A stretch of DNA of 64,000 bases, taken from contig NC_134034.1 of NCBI RefSeq assembly GCF_964204645.1, positions 13,467,062 to 13,531,061 on the forward strand, written 5' to 3'. Source of the DNA: Tubulanus polymorphus (lineage: Eukaryota; Animalia; Nemertea). Positions 13,601-26,629 of the stretch are shown here, piece after piece. A program made the translations under genes and the position numbers. The notes beneath the pieces were generated by a model that saw only the letters and a list, made by a program, of their open reading frames with translations, ran no database searches and was not told the DNA's origin. The stretch's first letter is position 1. Every line of letters begins with the position of its first letter.

Positions 13601-16600
13601 ATATGTTTTCGATACTTCATCGGAGACATTTCTAATTGAAAATGAACTACAAACACCAGATATTAGACATAATTTTATCAGCACACTTTCAAAAACTGAT
13701 CGTCCACACTTCACATATGTTCAGTGCTTCATCTGAGACATTTTCAATTCAAACAGCAGTCATTACACATTTTATCAGCAAACTTTAGAAAACTGATCAT
13801 CCACACTTCACATGTGAATATGTGAAGATGTTAGTGCCAGATTGCCGATTGATACTCGAATCAAATAAGCAAACAATATTTTTCCTGGTTCTATCTTCTT
13901 GATTTTCATTGTGTCTCAGGCAAAGACGACGTGTTCGGTGAAAATATTTGCCAACACGAAACAATCGGTAAATCGAGTTGTAACGTACGGGCTTTAACAT
14001 ACTGTGATCTCCATAAAATTCTCCGCGACGACCTTCTCGACGTGCTAGAAATGTATCCGGAATTCGCCGCGACGTTTTCGAAAAATCTAGAAGTGACCTT
14101 CGACCTGAGAGATGTAAGTATTGTCTGTTAGCTCGTTTCGCTCCTATCCACCTCAGGTGAAATTGAAACTCCAGTTAGGTCTACTCGGGCTGGGTTTTGT
14201 TCCGTGACGGAGTCTCATGACATCATCGGGTTCAAATCCCAAATATTTAGTTCAAACTTCTTTTTTCGCCTATATTCGATTAAACCTACAAATGTTTAAG
14301 GAATGAGATTATGTTTATGTCCCACACTGTATTTCATGTCTATAACGTTGAATTTTTCTAGTTGGATTTAAGTAAAACGCCACCTTTAAACTTAACGCGT
14401 GTAAACGTCAGGTGTTTGAAATGGGTACGTTTGTTTGATTCGTGTTGGACGAGGTCGGTTTAGTGTAAAAAAAAAAGAAGATGCACCACAAACCACAACA
14501 GTATGGTTTATATATATATATATTTATATCTAGGTCACCCACTGTAGGATTCAGTATTGTTTGTATTAATTCAACACTCCTAGCCCTTCTGGTAATGAGA
14601 AAGTTTGTTCCTAAATTCAGGGAGTTTAACAATTTTAAAGAACCTTTTTAAAGAACCTTGACCGCACTCAGAAAGGGTCAGCAATTTAGGGACTATGTTG
14701 GTGCGGAAAGAGGAACCGTGCCAGCTCTCAACAGGGGAGTTAGAAGAACAAATGGAGAAATTTTAGGCACCTTAACAATTAGGGGGGTTTAAAAGGGTTG
14801 TTTTGTAGAAGGGTTGTTTTGCTAGAAAGGTCTGAGTTGGAAATTCGGGAGTAAATTTGTCTGGAATTGTGCATGCTGGTCTCGAGCGAACAGGTTTATG
14901 AATTGGCTATATCGAGCTAACCAGTGTTAGAAATAGAATTGTTAGAAAAAAACTGTGTTCTCACTATAGATTTTGTTCCGCAAAGATTCAATGAAATAGG
15001 TTGTGCTAATTGGCTGCAATATGATATCTACAGTGAAAATCCATAGTAGGGATTCCTTTTATGACATCATCGAATGACCTAGTTATTTGGTTTTTAAGAT
15101 GGAAACTCCCGATGACATCATAGAATTGATTATTGCGAGACAAGATGACAAGATGAATTCGCTGATGTCACAAGGATTTTTACAGTGACAGCCATCGTTT
15201 CTATCAATTCAAATTTTGATTCTGATGATGTCATAGCGGGTTTATGGAAGAGGCCATCTTTTCTCAAAAGCTAAATTTGAACGATCGTTAGACAAACGCT
15301 CGTTGTGAGAACCCAGTTTTACCTGTATTTCGGTATTAACAATTAAACAACAGCACCGTAGGTCGCCTCTGTTATCATGTGCATGCTTCATTGACCCAGT
15401 TGTCGGTGGATCTCGATGAATGTCGATCTGTAGAAATGAAAAGCAAAAACACATTGCTTTATTTGTTTAATCATTGAAACATTGTTTAAATCAGTTTATG
15501 ACCTGTATTTTCTGAATTCGATGAAAAAGCAGCGATTTTAGAGTTCATCTCGGTGCACTATCTTATCCAAGAGAACCGAGAAGCCCTTAGGAAATACGTA
15601 GCTGAAATTACTAATTTTCAAAATCTTGGACATGCTTCGGTCGATTAAGCATTTAAGGGGATGAAGGCCTTGAAACTGGTACATCCCTATCTAGTTCTCG
15701 GAGTACAAGTGTAGAATATCAGAAATATTCCAACGATGGCACCTCTAGGAGATCATGCCCCCTTTTTTTCTCTGCCACGTTTTCGTCTACAGTTTGCGTT
15801 TGTTCTCTCTTTTTTTTCAGGAAGATTTAGTTTTACGGCCGCCGAAACAAGAAGAATCGGAGGAAGAGGCAGACGGACCGCGGTATACATTCCTTCGTAA
15901 TCGCAAATCAAAGTCTTCCATTTACCGTAAACCACCGAGTTCAAGAGCAGCCACTTCTACAACCCCCGGAACAGGTAATTCAATATCTAGCCACTAGGGG
16001 GCACTGTACAGCCCCCGGAAAAGGTAATTCAATATCTAGCCACTAGGGGGCACTGTACAGCCCCTGGAATAGGTAATTCGATATCTTTACACTAGGAGGC
16101 ATTCACCAAACCTAGCAACAGGTAATTCAACACCTATACATTAGGGGCTGCTCTACAAACCTGGGAACAGGTAATTTGATATTTATTTACTGCAACCAAC
16201 CAGCCCTAGTTTGGTAAGAAAGGGTTAACCATCCCAGCACAACAGTGCAGATCATAGAGCACGCTGTGATGCACACATTGATATTCTTACAGATGGGGAC
16301 GATGAGAAAGCACCGGCCGCGTATAAACCAGGTCGATTGAAAAAACGTCAGCGCAGCGAGGAAGGTCACAGCGTCGGTACGTTATCGAGCGACGACGACT
16401 ATCGCGAAAGCGGCGTCGGAATACTGGAGTTTTCACCGGATAAAGCCGGACAGGACGTGACGCCGGCGAAGTTTAAATTTGCTCATTCGGCAGCTCCACC
16501 TGACGGGAAGAAACGACATTCAGGGACGTTCAATCAAATCGCAGGTAAGGTTGACCTGACGTATGATGCCGTAGTTTTAGGTTCGGTTGTTTCCAGTTTT

Positions 16601-19600
16601 AACTTAATGTGTGGAGCTGGTTTTATTGACCAGGGTTTAGTTGCACAGTCAAGGCATAGATTTGTGATCGGGTCTAAACTCGCGAACTTTCGACGAAACT
16701 ACATTTTTTGCGTGCAAAATCTTTTTTTTACCTCGAAAAGAAATCGGAAAAAAAAACTTTTTTCGTTTAACTGTCGATTGTAGAATGTTCTGGAATGGCG
16801 AGAAAAGATTACAAATTCACTGTTACATGTTTTCAGACAAATTCCGACGCAGTTTTAATGATTTGAGGCAGGGTAAGATCATCGTGTAAACATATTCAAT
16901 CTCAGATCTTTCAAAACACCGAGAAATTCACGATATTTTACCGACTAATCAGAGATTCTCTTTTTTCGGTGGAGTTGGTTTTTGTCTTCATCATCTATTT
17001 TTTCTGTAAATGTGAACATTTATTCGGGAATTATCTACGAATTTAGAAAACGTTTGTACCGATTGCTCTCCTTGTGTGTGTGTTTGTGCGCGTGCGTGGA
17101 ACTCTTTTTTCTAATTTTTTGTGTCATCAGAATTATCAAAATGAAATGATTAATCTCTAACTTGTCTAACGGGCAGGCGAGGGAGCATCTCAAAAAAACG
17201 TTTTATCAGTTTGAAAACATTCTATTCTTCATTACAATGATCAGTTTATAAGGTTGGGCTGTTGCCTCTATCCTCCCTCCTGTGGGCAGACGGACGCCTC
17301 CCTTATTTTAAAGGCCTAATACCTCCCAAACTATTGCCTGGTCTGTTTGGATGCTAGTTAAGGTCGCCAGGTACCCTTAGGTTTAGACTTACTTATACCC
17401 ATGGATGCCTATGGTGCCAAATTTCTAAATGCAAGGAAAAAATTGGTATTTTAACATGTAAAAAGAGGTCATAGCTTCCATTTAAGTCTAAATAATCTTA
17501 ATTCTAAAGCCAATCGAACAACTTGAGCCCAGTTAAGATTTAAGACCACTTTTGGACGCTAATCGCGACTGATGAACCGGGCCCTAGGTGGTTGGACCTC
17601 ATTTAGTACTACATCCACATTCTTAGAAATCACCCCTCTTTTTTGAGACGCCCCCTTAATCTTATCGGCTTTTTGAGATGCCCCCTTAATCGATCTTTAA
17701 AGAAATAAGATAAATTTAACGTTTCCTACTTCAAACTTGAATCGGCAGTTTTCTTTTGTCTAATTTTCTATCGCGTCCCCGTCATTTCAAATTTCGTAAT
17801 CTATTAAAACTGAATCGTATATAACTATGACGACGCGTTTTAACGGTCACTGATTATTGCGTTGTGTTGTTGTTAATTCGTAGCGATATCTCGGGAAAAT
17901 TTTCACCTTCAAACAACGCCACAACCGCAACAAACGGAAGAAGGTAAAAGAATTATTTTACGACGGAAAATAGATTAAAAACTATATTTATTACATCTCT
18001 CTTATATCTTATAACATCATATACTACTATCATTTATATGTAAACTATTTCTGTTCGTTTATTCGAGGATTATCCATTTATGGATTCTTTTAGAAATAAA
18101 TGGCTGTTGTCTTTGCACAATCCCCATGAGGGGTGGCATTCCGAGGGGAGCCAAGGCAACCCTCCCCCCCCCCCTATTTTTGCCAAGATAATATTTTCGA
18201 GGGGAGCCAAAGGAGCCCCCCCCCCCCCCTATTTTTTGCCAAGATAAAATTTTCACAACCAGTGGCAAATTAATGCCGGTCATTTTTTCTTAGTATCACT
18301 CCAGATGCTCAGAAAATTATCCATTTTTTCAGATTTCCTTGTGGTAGGGCCTCCATGGTGCTTGCGTGCGTTCATGTATTGTGTGAACAAAGTTTCTGAT
18401 TCTCTCATTCATATTTTCGAGTTCTTCAATTAGAATGTCTATACGATAATGCAATGCTCGTTTTCGTGGATATTTGAAATCTGTTTAATGTTTAAGTCTG
18501 TTCAATCAATCCTTCCTCGGCAGGGATTAGAACTTAGACACGAACCCCTGCCGCACTAGACCGCGTGCGCATGTTTACAGCAGGAAAACTTGCGGCACTC
18601 ATCAGATCGCTCGTTGTATAATCAAATTTCACAGATAAACTATAAATGGAAAAACCCGGGCTAAGATAAACCTTATCGGCTAATAATGACATCGACTTAC
18701 AGGTTCGAATCCCTGCCAGAGGAGGATGATATCCAACGCTTGTTTTCTTTGATATTCGAAATCTGTTAAATGATCTATCGTAGATGGACATGTGCTCTCT
18801 GAAACTAAACTGTCTCATTCTCTATATATCTCTGCATGAACTGAGCATCCAACACCTGATTAGACTTAAACGAGCTTCAATTGATCGTATCGTTATTCGC
18901 CACCAAATAAATTGGGATTTGGGATACCGGCCATTCCACCAGGTGGCGCTTGATAAACAATGTTAAAAAAACCGTGAAATCATGAAGGTTAATGAAGAGA
19001 ATAAGGAGAATAGTTTATTCCGTAAGAGTTTATTCCAATTTGATTGAAGTGTTGAAGGAAATTATCACTGAATCCCCGCTTCCCTCAGTGATGTTGCTGT
19101 TTTAAAACTAAGAGAGTAGCGACATTTATTCATTGTCGAGAATGTTATGCAATATATTGGTGTTATTTTATGTGTTGAGCGAGTGGTGGTGGCCGAGTGG
19201 TTAGAGGGTACGGCTCTGGGAAGCCAGGTTGTGGGTTCGAACCCTGTACATTGCCGTAGTGTCCTCGGGCAAGACACTTATATCTCTCTTCACCCAGGAG
19301 TAAATGGGTACCTGGTCTGATAGATGACCTCTGAGCGGCTAGTAGCTAGTCGGGTGTTACTTCTCTCCACGGCGACATGACTGTGGACTGTTGACTGTGG
19401 GTAATAATACAAATCTAATGAAAAGCGCTGTTGAACGTTGTATCACAATAAAAAGGGTGCTTTAGAAAGTAAATTCCTATTTTACTATTTTTCATCAAGG
19501 CGTCAGTAAACATTCTAGTTAGTTTTCTCGTTCTAATTCGATTCAATATTCATGTGATTTCGTTGTATTGTTGTTTCAGGGGCACTGTCGAAAGTCGATG

Positions 19601-21577
19601 CAGTCGTAAATACAATCACCGGTCAACGACGGAAAAGTCAAACGGAGATGGCGCCACTGTTACAACAAGAGCCGCAACAAGGAAGCCCGACGCAACAGGT
19701 ACGTAACGCTTGACATGTAGTTGTCGGGAAAAGTTTAATTTTCCTGCTTGTTTACGGTTATTACTGTTGATAAAAGATATCTCGGGTAATTTACTGCCCT
19801 TTCCCATCCTCCCTCTGAAAAGATGTCATTATTCCCCTTACACATAAATATTATAGTCAGTTGTCATTTAATAAGAGTTTATATACCGCCGATGAATCAT
19901 ATTTTCATCCATTTTTCAGCAAAAGAAACAAACAAGTAGCAGTAGCGTTCCGAAATCTACCTCTAGTATGACGTTACCCGTCTCTAGTCCGTCGAGTCAC
20001 TCGCAGTTCGAAGACGTAACAACCACTCACCAGACGGCGCCCACGGTTGTAATCGACGGTCAGCCAGTGCCGCCTGTCGGCGTACGGGAACGAGCGAGTC
20101 CTCACGATGTCGAACGTCGCCTCGATGATCTCACTAGGTAAGAATCATCCGCACCGATTCGAGATTCCACTAGGTGGTGCTTTAAATCATGTTTTCTGTA
20201 CAAAATATTGAGAAAACAATGATTCCCCTGGCGTTAGTGTCTTGTTTTCTCCCAAGCGCCATTTAAATGGTTGGAATGAAATAAACTTACTGGATATGAC
20301 CTTACTACACTCTAAATTCAATTGGGAAAACTTGAAATCCTACTGTGGCAATTGAGTTTCCACTAGTGTGAAGTCAGTCTTCCAAAGCCTATACTGTAAA
20401 TGTTACTGTGGCAATTGAGGATCCACTAGGTGGTGCTAGTGTGAAGTCAGTCTTCCAAAGCCTATACTGTAAATGTTACTGTGGCAATTGAGGATCCACT
20501 AGGCTGTGCTAGTGTGAAGTCAGTCTTCCTACGTGTATATTGGAAATGCTACTGTGGCAATTGAGGCTGCACTAGGCTGTGCTAGTGTGAAGTCAGTCTT
20601 CCTACGTGTATATTGGAAATGCTACTGTGGCAATTGAGGCTGCACTAGTTAAGCCTATTCATATCTCCAAATTCGTATTTTTATTTACAGGCAGCTAAAC
20701 CGATTGGAGCATAAAATGGGGTCGGATATCGCCATGATTTTAGAATTGCTACGGCAACAGCACCAAGGTAAAAATGGCGGCTCGCCACCCCCTCCGCCAT
20801 ATCCACAAACTGATGAGGAAGAGGTGAGCTTGTTGTGTCTTATTTGCATAGATTTGAATGAATTTGCATACATTTCCATATATTTTGACAAATTTGCATG
20901 TATTTCAATGATTTGCATATACCATGTATTTAGATATTTGACACCCATTTATTACGACGCTCTTTAGGAGGAGTCTGCCGATTCTGAAGGTCAGGAGGAG
21001 GAAGAGGTCGACGAACCTCCGCCGATTGAGCAACCACAACCGACGATGGAACACCATCTGATTGACCTCGAAGACGCTACTAGTACTACTCCGCCATTAC
21101 CGTCACCTCCCACTGAGTATACGCCAGCTGCTACACATCCTGCTGATACGGTTATGGTAAGCATCTATTCTCACTGCTGGCTACGAAAAATATCTCCAGT
21201 TCTCTCACCGGTGCCTCTACAAATGATTCCTGCTGCCAACTCGGCTTTATTCTCAATCCTCATCGGTAAATTTTGAGAGAAAGCTGACTATATCAGTTCC
21301 GGTATATTTATAGTGACAATTGGGGGCAGCACCGTATAATCAAGCTGGCACGAAGTTAACTAACTGAAGTTCTCAATCCATTGTTCGAAATGAATAATTG
21401 GGTGAATTTACTTTTGAATTTCAGCTGGAACACGAATTCGAATCGCCATGGCAACTGCGTTTATCACGGGAAATCCCGCCCACGTCTGCCGTCGCTGCTG
21501 TTCAGCCCGACAGACGGCAACAGTCGTTGTCGTCTCCGAGCGACCCGCAAGCCAAAACAGGAAACCAGAACGTATGA
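4621..21577 (+). CDS. KCNH2: ERG-type (Kv11, KCNH2/6/7 / seizure group) voltage-gated potassium channel, 5'-partial, multi-exon
   Basis: Phase-consistent GT-AG exons: 4621-5064, 10595-11000, 12050-12249, 12576-12663, 13198-13362, 13920-14113, 15821-15974, 16293-16544, (17884-17943 optional), 19580-19698, 19920-20137, 20691-20823, 20968-21156, 21425-21577 (TGA). Translation gives [16 protein letters not shown]4 [27 protein letters not shown], pore [27 protein letters not shown]6 [12 protein letters not shown], the C-linker/CNBHD, and the C-terminal coiled coil [17 protein letters not shown]. The symbol denotes the invertebrate co-orthologue of KCNH2/6/7. N-terminal PAS exons were not found in the window. 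Confidence 0.95.
5105..6000. repeat. Degenerate gtctgcctctagacagac repeat region
   Basis: Many dispersed copies of gtctgcct..agac at 5110-5215 and 5545-5985. Confidence 0.6.
7870..8050 (-). repeat. Three tandem 60-bp tRNA-derived units (tRNA-Gly-like, no acceptor stem)
   Basis: Minus-strand unit ctattggtctactggttagcgcgcttgctttccatgtacgagacccgggtttgatccccg carries A-box and B-box-like motifs. Confidence 0.75.
9169..9372. mobile_element. Palindromic Penelope-like element remnant carrying two inverted minimal hammerhead ribozyme motifs
   Basis: Near-perfect inverted repeat centred at ~9289; each arm reads CTGACG(A/G)-T-GATCTC-TAGGGT-GAGATC-GAAAC-GTC. Confidence 0.7.
10285..10392. mobile_element. 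PIF/Harbinger-type MITE (second copy at ~47394-47501)
   Basis: TIRs gacccagttccacagtt / aactgtggaactggacc with a CTG target-site duplication. Confidence 0.7.
11056..11193. mobile_element. PIF/Harbinger-type MITE, 138 bp
   Basis: TIRs gagccggttccat / atggaaccggccc with a CTG TSD; near-identical copies at 32927-33064 and 63280-63417. Confidence 0.8.
11595..11952. mobile_element. MITE with ~42-bp perfect TIRs and a TTA TSD, inserted in a degenerate tandem repeat
   Basis: gcctagcgcacatcgacactgcgattggagacaactagttgc and its exact reverse complement ending at 11951. Confidence 0.85.
12775..13125. repeat. Inverted copy of the 77-bp CTCF-like minisatellite in an ERG intron
   Basis: Repeated cacctggtggatcctcacttgccacaagtggaatcctctat. 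Confidence 0.85.
15962..16185 (+). repeat. 49-bp tandem repeat spanning an ERG 5' splice site
   Basis: AG|GTAATT recurs at 15975, 16024, 16073, 16122 and 16171. Confidence 0.9.
17884..17943 (+). CDS. Candidate 60-nt cassette exon of the ERG channel C-terminus
   Basis: ttaattcgtag acceptor and AG|gtaaaa donor; symmetric phase 1-1; open as (A)[19 protein letters not shown](G) between exons 16293-16544 and 19580-19698. Confidence 0.55.
19178..19490 (+). mobile_element. tRNA-derived SINE with a CORE-like central domain and an L2-type tail
   Basis: A box tggccgagtgg, B box ggttcgaaccc, central gtgtcctcgggcaagacactt..cacccaggagtaaatgggtacc, 3' aaagcgct..tgaa tail. Confidence 0.8.
20340..20650. 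repeat. 73-bp minisatellite with a CTCF-like core
   Basis: Unit tactgtggcaattgaggatccactaggtggtgctagtgtgaagtcagtcttcc.. starts at 20404 and 20477. Confidence 0.9.
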
Positions 21578-23179
21578 TCCCGTACGCATTGTAAATAACT
21601 TATCATCATCAACACGCTGAAAATAGGAACAAGCCCGGTTGCTATGGTTATGATTGCTTTAGCGACTGAGATGATAGTATCATTTTGAACATTCCATATT
21701 CGACTATGGTTGTGAGAGTTGAACTGTTTATATGTGATATATTGGGGGCGAGGGTAGGGAAGCCCTTACTCGTATAATAGGAAATATGCGGGATCGCGCC
21801 GGGCAGACGGACTCCTGGAAGTGTGGCCCGTCGTCGCCGAAGTGTGTGAAAAAAATCTATCAGGTTCATCTCGTGGTCAACAGATGGCGTACTCTACTTA
21901 TTGAATAACTTAGGATGTATTTTAGAATTATGCTTTATACGCTGACTAGGCTACTGCGCGCTTCGTGAAAACGTATCGTTTTTAAAAGCGTGGGCGTATC
22001 GGGAAATGGAAAGGGACGATACGTTCATACGATGAAACATTGTTTTCGAAATAATCGAATATCCTCTCATCCTTGCGTGTAGACTTACTAGCTCATCCTC
22101 TCTCACAGGAATTGGAACTTGATGGCATCGGGAGGCCTTGCCACGGCATACACCTCAGCCCAGCATACACTGCCTGATTAGCACCAGTGTGCTTCAGAAT
22201 GCACAGCTTAATTGCAAATTCCTATCAGATTGCGCTTTCTAAATGAATATCTATGATCTGATATCAGCTACCGGGTAAAAGACAAATTCAAGGATAAGAT
22301 ATGAATAGAATAAACATGATTTCTGATTGGCTAGTGATGATATTATGTCTAGGTATGCGGCGAGCCCGTCGTACAGGTCTCAGATCTAATAATCTTGTTG
22401 TATGATCTGTAAATCTAATATTGGGTAAGACAAATTCATTGATAGATATGAAAAGAACGCATCTATTGGCTAAATTGAAATGTGATTTCTGATTGGCTAA
22501 TGATGACAATATGGCTAAGTGGGCGAGTACATTCTGAACTTGGGTTCATCGGGCAGGGGTTTCATGCGATGCTATCAAATTCGAAACCTGCTGACGACCG
22601 AGGATATTCTAGCTCAGCCCTTGTATATAGCGACCCGAATTTTTTACCGGAGCCTACCCTAGAGTGCGACATCACATTTCTAGCGATCTTAGAAATGTTT
22701 TCAACAATCATCACGATATTTTCTTTTGAATTTAAATTCCATGACATTTTTTACGTGTTCTTGCCACCGAGAAAAGAGTTTTTTGTTTTAGATTTTGATA
22801 TTTTCTAGAATCAAGTTCCACAGTTGAAATAATATGGCTTTTATGTCGGTGGGGGGGGGGGGCACGGTGGGAGGGGGGCAAAAACAAAAATTACTAACTC
22901 CTAAAATCGATATCAATTTCACGTATGAAGATTCTAGAAATCTTACTCTACAAAGTAATTGGAAATGAACTGATTTTGAAGTTAAAGTAATTGAAAATGA
23001 ACTAAGTCAATTTCAGAGTTTACTAAATTTCCTCTCATACTGTGGAACTTGGTTACGTCAATATCCTATGGTAAGATTTAAGGCACATTGTTTTATATTC
23101 TCATGAATGATATGTACATTAATTTTAATGCCAGCTATTTTGATAAGTAAATTACTGATACTCGTTTAGCCTAGTAAAA

Positions 23180-24020
23180 CAGTAGACTCAGTGAATCAGT
23201 CAAGTCGGTGAATCATTTGTTTTCAGATAAAATGCGGAGCTTTTAATCAGTTCCAACTTAACTGCAATAAGAGACAGAGTCTGCTGTATTTCTCAAACTC
23301 TTACTCAGTATTTGACACCAACTCTGGGTAGAATTTTACCAGTCTCAACTTAACCGCAGTAAGAGACAGAGTCTACTGTATTTCACAAACTCTTACTCAG
23401 TATTTGACACCAACTCGGGGTAGAATTTTACCAGTCTCAACTATACCGCAGTAAGAGACAGAGTCTACTGTATTTCACAAACTCTTACTCAGTATTTGAC
23501 ACCAACTCGCGGTATAATTTTACCAGTCTCAACTTTACCGCAGTAAGAGACAGAGTCTACTGTATTTCACAAACTCTTACTCAGTATTTGACACCAACTC
23601 TGGGTAGAATTTTACCAGTCTCAACTTAACCGCAGTAAGAGACAGAGTCTACTGTATTTCACAAACTCTTACTCAGTATTTGACACCAACTCGGGGTAGA
23701 ATTTTACCAGTCTCAACTTTACCGCAGTAAGAGACAGAGTCTACTGTATTTCACAAACTCTTACTCAGTATTTGACACCAACTCTGGGTAGAATTTTACC
23801 AGTCTCAACTTAACCGCAGTAAGAGACAGAGTCTACTGTATTTCTCAAACTCTTACTCAGTACTTGACACCAACTCGGAGTAGAATTTTACCAGTCTCAA
23901 CTTTACTGCAGTAAGAGACAGAGTCTAACTCTTACTTGGTATTTGATGCCATCTCGCGGTAGAATTTTACCAGTCTCAACTTAACTGAGTAAGAGAGAGA
24001 GACAGAGAGATAGTCTACTG
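23180..24020. repeat. Second array of the 92-bp satellite (~8 copies) inside a CAGTAGACTC-ended (Tc1/pogo-like) MITE
   Basis: Same unit as 3830-4490; a left end acagtagactc near 23180 is the reverse complement of the repeated gagtctactgt. Confidence 0.9.
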
Positions 24021-25370
24021 CTATAGTTACTTACAAAAAATTCTGAAAGGCCACATGTCCTTTTGGACTTTGTTTTTCTAGTCACAAACAAGTCACAAAG
24101 CTTGGCTTGTAAATATGTAATATATACTAGTATTTTCTAGACGAATTATCCGCAGTCTACATGTGCATGTATCATGTACATTTTGATTCACATGTTCATG
24201 TTACATGTTCATGTTTTTGTAACATGTACATGTGCAACCCTATTGTATATAGTTCATATCTAACGTAATGTAGCTATCATTCTGCAGCTTAAAGCCACCC
24301 CTTCAGACATTCACGATTGTAATGTGTTGATCAGTTTTTGAAAGTGTGCTGATATAATGTCTAATATCTGTTGTTTGTAGTTCATTTTCAATAAGAAATG
24401 TCTCAGGTGAAGCACTGAACACATGTGAAGTGTGGACCATCAGTTTTTGAAAGTATGCTGATTAAATGTCTAATGTCCGGTGTTCGTTTTCAATTAAAAA
24501 TGTCTGAAAACAACGTGAAGCTTGGACAATCAAAAATTGTAAGACTGGCGATGAAAAATCAAATGTCTGAAGGGTTGCAGAATGCAGGCAGCAGCAGCAG
24601 AGGTAGGCATAGCTGCGTAATAAAATCAATCAAATAGCTACTGCGCCCACCACCCGCTTGGGGGTCAGGCTCTTGGGCTTTTATTATAAAATTCGTCTAT
24701 CTCGTATAAATACAACGAATTCGCTTGTACATAGAAACATATAAATTATTTACTTTTATTAATTACAATTAATTATCATCATAATTAATTGATTATTGTG
24801 ATTATTAGTGTTATTATTATGATCATTATTATTTATGATTTTGCTCAAGATGTTTTTTCTGTATATGTTGCTAAACTTGTTTAAAGAGAGTTATTCTTCA
24901 TAGAATTGCTATTTTATCTGGTAACTTCCCCTCCTATTTCCACTCTCTCTTTGTTCACCCCTCTTCTATCTTGCTCCCCTCGTCTCACTCTCCTTGCTCT
25001 CTAGTCCTGTGAGAAATCCTATTTCCTCAAAGCAGTGCTGTTTGAAGATAATGCCCTTTAATGTGTATTACGTCTAGACTGCGACGTATAGGCTGGTAAT
25101 GGATGTTGCTAGTACACCACAATGTGGTGTGTTGATGTTAGCGAGATGGCAGCACCTGTCAAGCAGTGAAATATTAGTAACTAACAATATACCGCATTGC
25201 GATGTAAATGAATTAAACCGGTGTGCCCATTATTGAAACACACTTGGGTGGAACTTTTTAGCAAATTTAAAGTATATAGTTGAACCACAACTGGGTAAAT
25301 ATTTGTAACTACAATATATGCACAAGCGCGCTGTCATTTCATACAGCAACGTCTGACTTATGTTTGTTAA

Positions 25371-25521
25371 CCCTTTTAGTGCTGACTAACTCTTATTCTA
25401 AAGAGCTGGTGATAATCTAAAATTGTGAAAAATTCCACCCCAGTGCGTTGTATAATAGGCTTACCGCTTTAGTGCATCAGCAATTCATACACCGCAATGC
25501 AGTGTAGATGCACTGAAAGGG
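25371..25521. mobile_element. piggyBac-type MITE (related copy at ~57330-57522)
   Basis: TTAA-cccttttagtgc ... gcactgaaaggg-TTAA. Confidence 0.75.
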
Positions 25522-26629
25522 TTAAATCGACTGCAAAAGCTGATAATTTCTAACACTCCTTCCTCTCACCCTCCCCTTCCCTAGACTGACATCTTCCACT
25601 CTCATTCATTCCCCTCCCTCAACTTCATCGGTTATACGTATCTTCTGTTAACTCTCACCTTCCCCTCTTCCCTTATTTCTCCATTCTCCCCTCTCTTATG
25701 TCTCCCCTCTGATTTTTTTCCTATGGGTTTGTCTCGCTTCCACCCCCCCTTCTCACCCCCCTCTGTATCCCTCCTCTCTCCCCGATCTTTTTCTACGTGT
25801 GTGTACTAGTCATTGTTTTAATCGAGTGTGTGTTTTTTCATATTTTTGTACATCGTAATCGATATTTAAAAAAGAAAAAGAAAATCTCATTGTTTCACCC
25901 GATTTTAGAAAGTCAGACGTCTCGCAGCGGTCTAGATGTCGCCTTCTCTGTATCTTTTTATGTGTAAGCTTATATAATTCTTTAACATCATGAATCACGG
26001 ACCTTAATTGATCAACAGTTTAAAGTGTAATGAGAAGAAATAGACCATGTTCGGAGGGGGGGGGTTGTAGTTATGCATAAACAGCCACCAGTCTATATAT
26101 TGAACCAATCAGATGCATTGTATCTTACTGACAGGTTTGCTCTATCGATATAACGTATCTGATTGGCTAGATGGATAGACTGGTGGTCGCCGAGCGGCAA
26201 CCTGTCCGCCCAAGAAGAATCTTTGGCAGTGTAATTTAGACCAATGAAGGGTTTGTGTTGGCGTGAGGCGATCAAACCCTGGCAAGCGAGGATGATGATA
26301 ATGTAAACGTCTTTCACTATCCCATAGATGGACTATTTATGAACTGATTGATCAAGCAATTTATCTATGAACCTGGGCATCTACTTTTTAAATTTGTTAT
26401 TGATAGGATAAATGGAATTTAACCATGACAGAGAAATGCTTAAACGAGTAAATGGACAAATATTCATGACATAAACACAAGTTGCCATATATAATATCAG
26501 TCAGGAATCGTGTTGTCGAGTGAAATGTTAGATGAAGAGTAATAGCGCATAAATTACATCCATATGTGTGGAAATAGAATGTAACTGTCAGAAAATTACA
26601 ATTGCATCGGTTATTGATTACTGAACTAA

